Source of the DNA: Patescibacteria group bacterium
GTDB taxonomy: Bacteria; Patescibacteriota; Patescibacteriia; UBA1558; GWA2-36-10
Assembly (NCBI GenBank): GCA_028718865.1
Contig: JAQUKX010000005.1
Coordinates: 368 to 64,367, forward strand
Direction: 5' to 3'
Length of the DNA stretch: 64,000 nt
The notes below the pieces were generated by a model, which worked only from the letters and a program-made list of their open reading frames with translations, ran no database searches and was not told the DNA's origin. The position numbers and the translations under genes are program-made. Positions 48,834 through 57,452 of the stretch are shown here, piece by piece; position 1 is the stretch's first letter, and each line of letters opens with the position of its first letter.

Positions 48834-48852
48834 GTCACCGCTACGCGGTGAC
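48834..48852 (-). other. VR-proximal DGR stem-loop (8-bp stem, GTA triloop)
   Basis: GTCACCGC-GTA-GCGGTGAC, 46 nt downstream of the target stop codon. Confidence 0.85.
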
Positions 48853-48898
48853 AAGGTCTCAAAGGCTCAAAAGAACTCAAGCCTTCAAGAGTTCAAGG

Positions 48899-49780
48899 CT
48901 AGGACTGCGGGACGAAGGCCGACACCGAGCCACAGCGGTCGCCGGCACCGTTGACCCAGCGGGTGCTGACCTCGACCTCGCCGCCGCTGAAGTGGAAGAA
49001 CGGCGCGCTGCGGAACTGACCATCGGCATCCGGAGCGAACTCGTCGCCCGCACAGTCGATCCAGAGATCGTCGTAGTGCTTGAGACGCTCGGGGTGGGTG
49101 AGCAGCATGATGGCGATCTCGTAGGCACCGAGACCGAACTCGTCGGAGGTGAAGACCTCGCGGGCTCGGCGGACGGAACTTCCACGGTGACGGAGACCGA
49201 ACTGGACCGGAACGAGCAGGATGTCGTGCTCCGATTGCTGGTCGCCGATGAGATCCAGCGCGTGGTTGGTGCGAGCCGATCGCTGCAGGTACTCGGGGCC
49301 GAGCTGGCCCTCGCGGTAGTTGTGGAACTTGCCGCCACGGGTCTGCTTGATCAGATCGAGGACGATCTGGACAGCCTCGCCGTAGGTCAGCGCGATCTTC
49401 TCCCACCTCGGGATGGCGAACCAGCCCTCGGCACCATCCGGCAGAACCTGACCAGCAACGTCCTCGTCCACCCGCATCGGGATGCCCGAGAAGAACTGGC
49501 GCAGGATCTTGCACTGCTCGGTGATCGGCTTGACCACGTAGCCCGACAGGTAGCCGTACTTGGAGGAGACCTCCTCGTCGGCGTACTGGTTGGAAACCGA
49601 GAGTTCCCTGATGGCCGCGATGATGCTGGCCTGGAACTCGCCGCCTCTCGAGATGAGCTTTTGGATGCGATCCTTGTCCAGGTTCGCTTCCTGAAGTGCC
49701 CGCTGAGCTGCGTCTTCGACGAAACGCTTGTATTGCTTGAGTTGACCGGACGTGATCGACGTGTTGGTCGTCATCGTCAT
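48899..49780 (-). CDS. DGR target (variable) protein with C-terminal VR, probable CLec-type fold
   Basis: SD AGGAGGT before the ATG; last ~44 codons are the VR, ending GSVSAFVPQS; fold assignment is inferred from DGR biology. Confidence 0.92.
   Translation of the reverse strand: MTMTTNTSITSGQLKQYKRFVEDAAQRALQEANLDKDRIQKLISRGGEFQASIIAAIRELSVSNQYADEEVSSKYGYLSGYVVKPITEQCKILRQFFSGIPMRVDEDVAGQVLPDGAEGWFAIPRWEKIALTYGEAVQIVLDLIKQTRGGKFHNYREGQLGPEYLQRSARTNHALDLIGDQQSEHDILLVPVQFGLRHRGSSVRRAREVFTSDEFGLGAYEIAIMLLTHPERLKHYDDLWIDCAGDEFAPDADGQFRSAPFFHFSGGEVEVSTRWVNGAGDRCGSVSAFVPQS
48904..49034 (-). repeat. DGR variable repeat (VR)
   Basis: 22 mismatches to TR, 21 at TR adenines (15 A>G, 5 A>C, 1 A>T). 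Confidence 0.96.
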
Positions 49781-49935
49781 ACCTCCTATTAAATCGCTGG
49801 AATGCTGTCCAGTGCAGTCTCATACTCCCTATGAGATGAGCTTTTTATGTGCTATTTAAAATTAACGCACAAAAAGCACACCTCATAGAGATTGCCTTGA
49901 ATTTATTGATATAAAGGACTATTTAAGATTATATT

Positions 49936-49964
49936 AGTATATCATATTTTAATTAAAATGTCAA
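49936..49964 (-). promoter_or_regulatory. Near-consensus sigma70 promoter for the DGR target gene
   Basis: TTGACA, 17 nt, TATACT on the minus strand, ~150 nt upstream of the ATG. Confidence 0.75.
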
Positions 49965-50273
49965 TATTCAGGATTTTGAATTTTAGCTTGAAGTGCGAAA
50001 TTAAGGCCAGTTTTATAAGGGTCTTAGAGCTAGCACGAGGATGTTCGAATCCCTCCCTCTCCGCCACACTACGCTACTCATTATATTCGTAGCTTCGTAT
50101 GGCTTGTAGCCACAAAAAAACACTAAACGAAAAAAATATCAAAAATCTTCATTGTTACAGATATTAGTAGGAAAAAGTAGCTTGAAGATTTTTTATTATA
50201 AAAATTATAAAATGTGTGTTAAGATAGCTTATTTACAGTAACGTAAAATTTAAACAAAAGATATAACATTACG

Positions 50274-51484
50274 ATGAGAATTGGCTTTTTTACTGAAACC
50301 TACCTACCAGACCTTAATGGAGTGACCGTTAGTCTATCTTTTGTTAAAAAAGAATTAGAAAAAAAGGCCATCAAGTGTATATTTTTGCCCCAAAAATAAA
50401 AAATTATAAAGACGAAGAAAAAAATATTATCCGCCTACGCTCTCTAACAATCCTTAATTCAGAACCAAAGCAAAAACTTCCTGTATCAACCATTGATTTT
50501 CATAAAATTCTTAACCTAAAACTAGACCTTGTTCATGGTCATGGTGGTGGACTTGTCAGTATTATTGGTTATGAGCTAGCCTTAATAAAAGGCTATCCTT
50601 ATATTTTCACATATCATACTTATATAGAAAAATACGCCCATTACTTTTTCTTGAAAAATAAAAACATAAGCTCGCCAATCATTAAAAAAAGTAGCCGTCT
50701 TATGTGCAATTTGAGCGATGCTATTCTAGTTCCAAGTAAAAAAATGAAGACTATCTTACAAAATTATGGTGTTAAAAAAGAAATTTCTGTACTCCCCAAC
50801 CCAATAAACTTAGATCGTTTCAAAAAAGGGAAAAGGGGTTTTCTTAGAAAAAAACTAAACATTACTGATGAAACTTTTATTTTATTAACTGTCTCTCGAC
50901 TAGGTCAAGAAAAAAATATTGATTTTTTAATAAGAAGCTTTTTTGAAGTTTCTAAAGAAAATAAAAAAACAGTTTTAGTAATTGTTGGCGCTGGGCCAGA
51001 AGAAGAAAAACTAAAAAAATTAACAGAAAAATTAGGCTTGGCAGAAAAAATATTTTTTACTGGTTATATTAGCGCCGAAAAAATGCCTGAAGTTTATTCT
51101 GACTCTGATATTTTTGTTTTTGCTTCTACCACTGAAACCCAGGGCTTGGTAGTATTAGAAGCGGCCGCTTGCGAATTAGCAATTATTATTGTTAAAGACG
51201 AGGCCTTTGCTGGAGTAGTAAAAAATGATTTTAATGCTTATATAGTTGCAGAAAACGAGAACTTATTTGCCAAAAAAACATTGGCTTTATTAAATGATAA
51301 TAAAAAAAGAAAACAATTTGGAATTAATTCTAATCAATGTATAAAAGAAAACTTTAATCAAAGCAAAATTATTAAACAACTTGAAGAAATTTATAGCACT
51401 GCTATTGAAATCAGAAAAAATAAACCCAGGCGAACACTTAGATTACGAAATCAAATCAAAAAATTTATTCCCTGGTTTAGCTAG
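50274..51484 (+). CDS. GT4-family glycosyltransferase interrupted by a one-base frameshift at the A7 tract 50359-50365
   Basis: MRIGFFTETYLPDLNGV from ATG 50274 joins GHQVYIFAP...SRLGQEKN...ETQGLVVLEA after a -1 shift. Confidence 0.85.
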
Positions 51485-51603
51485 ACTAAATACAAAATTA
51501 TTAGACAAATTAAGCCCAGCAAAGACCAATTATCGGGTCTTTTTTGTTTTATTCTTTTTCTCACCAAAATATGCTATAATAAAAACACTTAAATAAAGGA
51601 TTT

Positions 51604-52149
51604 ATGGCTACAAAAAAATCAAAAAAAGAAGAAAAAGAATTGGAAAAAATAGAAGAAACTCAGCCTGCTGAAGGCGAATTTGGCCAAATACTGGCTGCTT
51701 GGGATTTCCCCGAATTTGTCAAAGAAAAAAAAGGCAAGTGGTGGTATATTTCCTTTGCAGTTATCTTTTTACTGATGCTAGTTTACTCCTATTTTGAAGA
51801 AAATTTCCTGTTTATGATCATCATCACTCTGTTTATTTTTGCTTATTTTTCCTTGGACAAAAAAGATCCTCAGCGCATCCCCATTGCCTTGGCCGAAGAC
51901 GGCTTGCTCCTAGGCGACAAATTCATAGACTACAAAGATTTGGAAAACTTCTATATCATCTACTACCCCCCGCAGATAAAAAACCTCTATTTTCAGCCCA
52001 AAAATCAGCTTAAAAACCGACTAATTATCTCTCTGGAAAAACAAAATCCCGTGGAAGTAAGAAAAATCCTCTTAAACCACCTGCCTGAGGACTTGGAAAA
52101 AGAAGAAATACCGGCCAGCGAAACAGTTTCCCGATTTTTCAAACTATAA
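51604..52149 (+). CDS. Hypothetical two-TM membrane protein
   Basis: WDFPEF..K...WY followed by two hydrophobic segments; TGCTATAAT upstream. Confidence 0.7.
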   Translation: MATKKSKKEEKELEKIEETQPAEGEFGQILAAWDFPEFVKEKKGKWWYISFAVIFLLMLVYSYFEENFLFMIIITLFIFAYFSLDKKDPQRIPIALAEDGLLLGDKFIDYKDLENFYIIYYPPQIKNLYFQPKNQLKNRLIISLEKQNPVEVRKILLNHLPEDLEKEEIPASETVSRFFKL

Positions 52150-52219
52150 AAATTATTGCCCCCCCAATAACAAAAGCGACTGCAAGCTGAACTCCGGTTC
52201 AGCTTTAATCGGCCAAAAA

Positions 52220-54292
52220 ATGCCAAAATTTAGCCGACAAGACCATCTGACACGTCTCCACTCCATTGCTCTGAAGCTGGAGCCGGATTTTAAAAAGCTG
52301 AAAATAAAAAATATCGGCGATCTGCTCTGGCATTTTCCCAATCGCTACGAGGACTTGAGCCAAATAAAAAAAATAAGCGAGCTCAAAGAAAATGAACTGA
52401 TTTCCCTCAAAGTAAAAATAGACAGCCTCAAAAGCTACCGTTCTTGGCGCAAAAAAATATTTATCACTCAGCTAAGCGCCAGCGACTCCAGCGGCAAAAT
52501 TCAAGCTAGCTGGTTTGGTCAAAAATTCATCAGCCAAACTTTAAAGATAGGCGACGAAATTTATCTAAGCGGTAAAGCTCAAAAAAAAGGAAATATCTGG
52601 ACTTTCACCAGTCCAAATTATGAAAAAGTAAAATATAACCCTCTCCACAGCGCCCGACTAGTGCCGATTTATCCTCTCAGTGGCCAAATCAGCCAAAAGC
52701 AACTGCGGTTTTTGATGGATAGAGCCCTGCAGCTGACGCCGCCGCTGGCTGACCGCCTGCCGGCAGAAATAATCAAGGCTGAAAATTTTCCCGATATCAA
52801 TTCTTCTTTGCAGGAAATTCATTTTCCTCAAAATGAAGAAAAATTAGCCTCCGCCACTGCTCGGCTAAAATTCCAAGAACTTTTTTACCTGCAATGCAAA
52901 TACCAGCTGGCCAAAAAACAATACCAGAGCCTGCCCAGTTACTCGCTGTCTCTCAATCAAGAACTGCTCAACAAAATTCTCCAACAACTGCCTTTTGTCC
53001 TTACTCTTGACCAGCAAAAAGCCCTGTATGATATTTTGGCTGATATCAGACAAAATAAGCCAATGAATAGACTACTGGAAGGCGATGTTGGGTCAGGCAA
53101 AACAATCGTGGCTTTTCTAGCTGCATTCAACACGGTTTCTTTGGGACACCAAGCAACGCTGATGGCGCCCACTGAAATACTGGCCCGCCAGCATTTTGAC
53201 AATACTCTCAAAATTTTGCCGGCAAAATTCCGCCGAGAAATCGCCCTTTATACTCGCAGTCAGATTTTATCCGGCCAAAACAAAAAGCTGAGCAAAAAAG
53301 AAATAAACGAAAAAATAAAAAACAGGAAGATAAATTTTGTTATTGGCACCCACTCTCTTATCCAAGAAGCAGTGGCTTTTGATAAATTGGCACTGGTAAT
53401 AATTGACGAGCAGCACCGCTTCGGCGTCAGGCAAAGAAAAGCCCTCAAAGAAAAAAATCTAAATAAAAAAGTCCCTCACCTGCTGTCTATGACTGCTACG
53501 CCCATTCCTCGCACTCTGGCGCTCACGCTATACGGCGATTTGGACATTTCCCTGATAAAAACCAAGCCCGCCGGCCGGCAAAAAATAAAAACTTTTCTGG
53601 TGCCGGAAGAAAAAAGAGTCGCTGCCTATGATTTTTTACGGCAAAAAATCCAGACGGGCGGTCAAGCTTTTGTCATTTGCCCTTTGATAGAAGACAGCGA
53701 CAAGCTGGGACTAAAGTCCGTCAAAAAAGAATACAAAAAATTAAATCAAACTGTTTTTCCTGACTTAGAAATAAGAATGCTCCACGGCAAGCTCAAAGCT
53801 CAAGAAAAAGAAAAAATAATGACTGACTTTAAGGCCGGCAAATTTCCCATTCTAGTTGCCAGTTCCGTAGTGGAAGTAGGAGTAGATATTCCTCAAGCTT
53901 CTTTGATGCTGATAGAAAGTGCCGAAAGATTTGGCTTGTCTCAGCTTCATCAATTTCGTGGTCGCATAGGTCGCAATAATCAAGAAAGTTTTTGTCTGCT
54001 CTTTACCAGCGACAATTCCCAGCTGAATAAGGAAAGGCTCAAGGCCTTGGTTAAAAATGATGATGGTTTTGAGCTAGCGCAAATTGATCTGGAACTAAGA
54101 GGATCAGGAGAAATCTTTGGCCATAAGCAAAGTGGCTTGATAAAATTAAAAATCGCCCGCCTAACTGATCTTGAGCTAATCAAAAAAGCCCAAAACTGGG
54201 CCAAAAAAGTTCTAGCTAATAAAAAATATCTGGAACAGGATAATTTTCAAAAAATTATCCGCCAGTTAAAACAGGAAATGCATTTGGAATAG
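52220..54292 (+). CDS. recG: ATP-dependent DNA helicase RecG
   Basis: GDVGSGKT, MAPTEILARQH, DEQHRFG, MTATPIPRTL, QLHQFRGRIGR. Confidence 0.97.
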   Translation: MPKFSRQDHLTRLHSIALKLEPDFKKLKIKNIGDLLWHFPNRYEDLSQIKKISELKENELISLKVKIDSLKSYRSWRKKIFITQLSASDSSGKIQASWFGQKFISQTLKIGDEIYLSGKAQKKGNIWTFTSPNYEKVKYNPLHSARLVPIYPLSGQISQKQLRFLMDRALQLTPPLADRLPAEIIKAENFPDINSSLQEIHFPQNEEKLASATARLKFQELFYLQCKYQLAKKQYQSLPSYSLSLNQELLNKILQQLPFVLTLDQQKALYDILADIRQNKPMNRLLEGDVGSGKTIVAFLAAFNTVSLGHQATLMAPTEILARQHFDNTLKILPAKFRREIALYTRSQILSGQNKKLSKKEINEKIKNRKINFVIGTHSLIQEAVAFDKLALVIIDEQHRFGVRQRKALKEKNLNKKVPHLLSMTATPIPRTLALTLYGDLDISLIKTKPAGRQKIKTFLVPEEKRVAAYDFLRQKIQTGGQAFVICPLIEDSDKLGLKSVKKEYKKLNQTVFPDLEIRMLHGKLKAQEKEKIMTDFKAGKFPILVASSVVEVGVDIPQASLMLIESAERFGLSQLHQFRGRIGRNNQESFCLLFTSDNSQLNKERLKALVKNDDGFELAQIDLELRGSGEIFGHKQSGLIKLKIARLTDLELIKKAQNWAKKVLANKKYLEQDNFQKIIRQLKQEMHLE

Positions 54293-54321
54293 AGACAACT
54301 CTGTCTTTGGAAACTAAAAAA

Positions 54322-55050
54322 TTATCGAAATCTACTACCATATCTTAATTCATTTGAAACACAAGTACAATCAATTGACTCGCCTTGATCTGATCTAGAA
54401 ATCATATATTCCATAGTACATCTCTCATAAGTAGTTCCGCCTTTGGGTATAACACAAGATGCATCAGAACGACTACATCTAAGTCCCCCCGGACAAGTCC
54501 TATCGGTTCCCTCATAAACTACTGTGAAAGCGCCCGATGATCCGCAATCATGATTTTGAGCCTCTTGCATACACGAACCTAGTAAATCTAAAGGAATATT
54601 TACTCTGGGAACATTAACAACTTCCAATCCAGTAAATGTAACCAAACGGTTACTTATCTGGGCCAAAAGCAAATAACTACCAAAAAGCAAAATCAATCCT
54701 ACGACTGCTCCTTGGATAGTGTCTTTGGCTGCAGAGATTTTCTCCGGGTTACCGGCGGCCATCAGCCATTTCCAGCCAGCCAAGACCAGCATAAACATGG
54801 CTACCAATCCGGCTACAGTTGCTCCATACTGATAAATAGCAATAATATAATTGGCCAAAGTACTGCCGTCTCCCATCACTCTATCAACCGAAAAACCCGG
54901 AATAGGAATTTGGGGAGTGAAAGGTATGCCTACTCGTTCTCCAGATTCATTAAGAATAACATCTTGAGCCAAAACATTACTTATAGAAAAAGTAAAAAAC
55001 GAAAAAAAACCTAGAAACAAAACTGGCAAAAAATATCTTTTTTTCTTCAT
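54322..55050 (-). CDS. VirB2/TrbC-like pilin with Cys-rich C-terminal domain
   Basis: AG..W..AAGNPEKISAAKDTI..AVVGL..L..SY.LL motif; located in the VirB4 cluster. Confidence 0.7.
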   Translation of the reverse strand: MKKKRYFLPVLFLGFFSFFTFSISNVLAQDVILNESGERVGIPFTPQIPIPGFSVDRVMGDGSTLANYIIAIYQYGATVAGLVAMFMLVLAGWKWLMAAGNPEKISAAKDTIQGAVVGLILLFGSYLLLAQISNRLVTFTGLEVVNVPRVNIPLDLLGSCMQEAQNHDCGSSGAFTVVYEGTDRTCPGGLRCSRSDASCVIPKGGTTYERCTMEYMISRSDQGESIDCTCVSNELRYGSRFR

Positions 55051-55059
55051 AAAATATAT

Positions 55060-56283
55060 TTATCTTAATCTAATACTCTGCAAAGTGCCTGTTTTGGCGT
55101 CAGTGAAATAAAGTAGTGAACCGTCAGCTGAAAGAAATAAATTATAAGCGCTATAACCGCCTCTGGCTCCTACTGGTGAAGCCAGCATAGTTCTTTGTCC
55201 ACTGGTTAAGTTGACACTATAAAAATTATCCGGATAATCATGCGCAATTTCCGGGAAAAGCCCGGCTCCTCGCGGCAGTCCTTGAGGTACAGCGCAATAA
55301 AGATTATTTTCTCCGGCAAAAGTGCATTTTTCCGGCCAAGTAGCCAGATTCAGGGAAACTTTGAGATCGCCTAGTTGGCTGGTATTGCCCTTGGTAATCC
55401 ATAAATTAGGGTTGTAGTTATTTTGCTCATTATAAACGCTATAAAGCAAAGAATTGCCCTGCGGCGACCAGCTAGAAGTAAAGCCCGCGCCGCTAACAGC
55501 AAAAGACTTGAAATTTTCTCCCCTCATGCCTAGAGGGTATACTTCCTGCGCATCCAGGCCTGTCGCCTTGCTGTGCAAAGCCACTACTTGATTGTCCGGT
55601 GAAAAACCCACTTGGACAGTATGGGCATTTTCCCCCAAGGGCTCCACCAACCGCATACCCGAGCCGTCTTCATTGGCAACTATCAGCCAATTGTAATCGG
55701 CTGATTGCCCTTGCCATTTAGCGGCGATTTGAGTGCCACTAGAATTAAAAGAAAAATTTTCCAGCTCTCTGGGCAGAGTCACTTGCTTTTGCGTGCGAAA
55801 ATCATACAAAATTTTCATTCCATCAGGGTATTCCAAAATCGCTTTATCGCCATAATTATCCCAAGTTACTTTTTCCACCTGAAAAAACTTCCTGTCCGAT
55901 AAAGAAACCAAATTGCCATTTTCATCCAGCCGGAAAAACTGCTGCTTATCAGCATCATAATATTGCAAGCCGGCAGAAGTAGGCAGTAGTCCTTTGACCG
56001 TATTATTGACAACTTCCTTGACTTCCGTCAAACCGCCGCTGGCTACTGGCGATACCTGGTCTCGGATAAGCGCCTGCCAAGGCAAACCTTGATCGCTTGT
56101 GCCAGTATCCTGACCAATGATAGCCACATCCCCCGATCCGATAATAGGTATATCGCCAGCACTGAAATCACCAGGAGCATCTGTTTCCGTAACGCTGCGA
56201 AAAAACACCCAATAAAGAGAAAAACCTACAAAAACAACAAAAACGAGAAAGAGTACGGTCAAAATAATTTTTTTTAAATTCAT
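55060..56283 (-). CDS. Membrane-anchored beta-propeller-like (TolB/WD40-like) protein
   Basis: N-terminal TM; repeated WSPxG / FSPD / LSADG motifs. Confidence 0.65.
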   Translation of the reverse strand: MNLKKIILTVLFLVFVVFVGFSLYWVFFRSVTETDAPGDFSAGDIPIIGSGDVAIIGQDTGTSDQGLPWQALIRDQVSPVASGGLTEVKEVVNNTVKGLLPTSAGLQYYDADKQQFFRLDENGNLVSLSDRKFFQVEKVTWDNYGDKAILEYPDGMKILYDFRTQKQVTLPRELENFSFNSSGTQIAAKWQGQSADYNWLIVANEDGSGMRLVEPLGENAHTVQVGFSPDNQVVALHSKATGLDAQEVYPLGMRGENFKSFAVSGAGFTSSWSPQGNSLLYSVYNEQNNYNPNLWITKGNTSQLGDLKVSLNLATWPEKCTFAGENNLYCAVPQGLPRGAGLFPEIAHDYPDNFYSVNLTSGQRTMLASPVGARGGYSAYNLFLSADGSLLYFTDAKTGTLQSIRLR

Positions 56284-56312
56284 GATATTTTATAAAATAT
56301 TTTTATTTGAAA

Positions 56313-56837
56313 TTAAGTGCCGATAATATTACCGATAATATTGCCAAACCAGTCTTGCAACAATTGGCCAAAAATTGCCAAAAAATCAGCTGGGCTTAAA
56401 GCCATGCGCAAAATTATCATCAATAAACCAAAAAACAGAATAAAAGTAAGTAAAATTATCAAAGAAACCACCCCCCAAACTATCTGCTCCCAAAGCTCCA
56501 AAGGAGGCACACCTGATACTTTGAGCCAATTTCCCAAAATCATCTGAGCGGTCATAATCAAATACGCTACTATCAACCCAACCAGACTAGCGGCAAAGGC
56601 CCAAGATACCCGACGCAACATCATCTGCCTAGCTCTCTGCTTAGCCAGCTCGGCTGCCTGTCTAAAAGCTTCCTGCTTGATATCTTCTGCACTGGCAATG
56701 GCTTTTTTCCTAGCCAAATTTTGAGCTATGTTAAGAGCTCGAGAATTAGCGGCTTCATTTTGACCGCTTTCTTCCTCTTCTTCCGGCTCATAGCCACCAT
56801 AATATTCTCTTTCAGCTGTACTAGCAACTGCTGACAT
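56313..56837 (-). CDS. Hypothetical membrane protein
   Basis: Two to three TM segments; same operon orientation. Confidence 0.65.
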   Translation of the reverse strand: MSAVASTAEREYYGGYEPEEEEESGQNEAANSRALNIAQNLARKKAIASAEDIKQEAFRQAAELAKQRARQMMLRRVSWAFAASLVGLIVAYLIMTAQMILGNWLKVSGVPPLELWEQIVWGVVSLIILLTFILFFGLLMIILRMALSPADFLAIFGQLLQDWFGNIIGNIIGT

Positions 56838-56868
56838 AAAAAATCAATAATTAACTATTATAAATTAT

Positions 56869-57438
56869 TTATTTCCAATTAGCGGCGCTCACCAGCCAAC
56901 TATCACCGCTATTTACCAGCGATATTTCAATATCCTGATAAAATACTTCTTCAGGCTGGGCGCCTTGTTTTTTTATTCTCTGAGTCTTGACCAAAACCCT
57001 AGCTTGAGAAGGCCCTAGGCTAGCAATACTTGACGACAAGCTCTTGGTGCTGATGCCAAAAAACTCTTCCGACTGATAATTTATTTCTAAATTGTTCAAA
57101 TAATTAACCATGACCGATGAACTAAGAGGCAAAAGCTCTCGCAAATTGGCGCCGGGATTATCACTTGACCAAGAGCCAAAACGCTCGGCAAAATTCTTGG
57201 CCAGCTCGCTGACGGCAAACTCGGTGTTGGTCTGAGCCGGCGGCAAGCTAGGATCAAACTCAAATGGCACGCTAGGCGCTTCAAATATTGGCTGTTCTTC
57301 TTCAACTGGCGCCATGGGCTGGCTCCTATCCGACAAGCGCCAAATAAGAAATAAAACTCCCAAGATTACCAAAATAGCTATGGCGATAATAATTATTTTT
57401 TTTCTTCGGTCAATTTGCATACTATTATTCTTAAACAA
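56869..57438 (-). CDS. Single-TM protein with NTF2/VirB8-like C-terminus (inferred)
   Basis: FAERFGSWS; ends in ..GDSWLVS; follows the VirB4-like gene. Confidence 0.55.
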   Translation of the reverse strand: MFKNNSMQIDRRKKIIIIAIAILVILGVLFLIWRLSDRSQPMAPVEEEQPIFEAPSVPFEFDPSLPPAQTNTEFAVSELAKNFAERFGSWSSDNPGANLRELLPLSSSVMVNYLNNLEINYQSEEFFGISTKSLSSSIASLGPSQARVLVKTQRIKKQGAQPEEVFYQDIEISLVNSGDSWLVSAANWK

Positions 57439-57452
57439 ATTTTTTAAAAATA

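Larger units (their letters stand above)
46775..50068. mobile_element. tRNA-Ser-integrated, integrase-less DGR island
   Basis: 26-bp direct repeats of the tRNA-Ser 3' end (46775-46800 and 50043-50068, 1 mismatch); inner inverted repeats TCGTGCTAGC (46801-46810) / GCTAGCACGA (50029-50038); compositional shift. Confidence 0.8.

Noticed and set aside
48803-49823. Long overlapping ORFs (329 aa plus strand, 312 aa and 153 aa minus strand) over the DGR target
   Set aside because: Shadow ORFs expected in GC-rich DNA. Only 48899..49780 has an SD, a promoter and the frame in which TR adenines fall in AAY-type codons.
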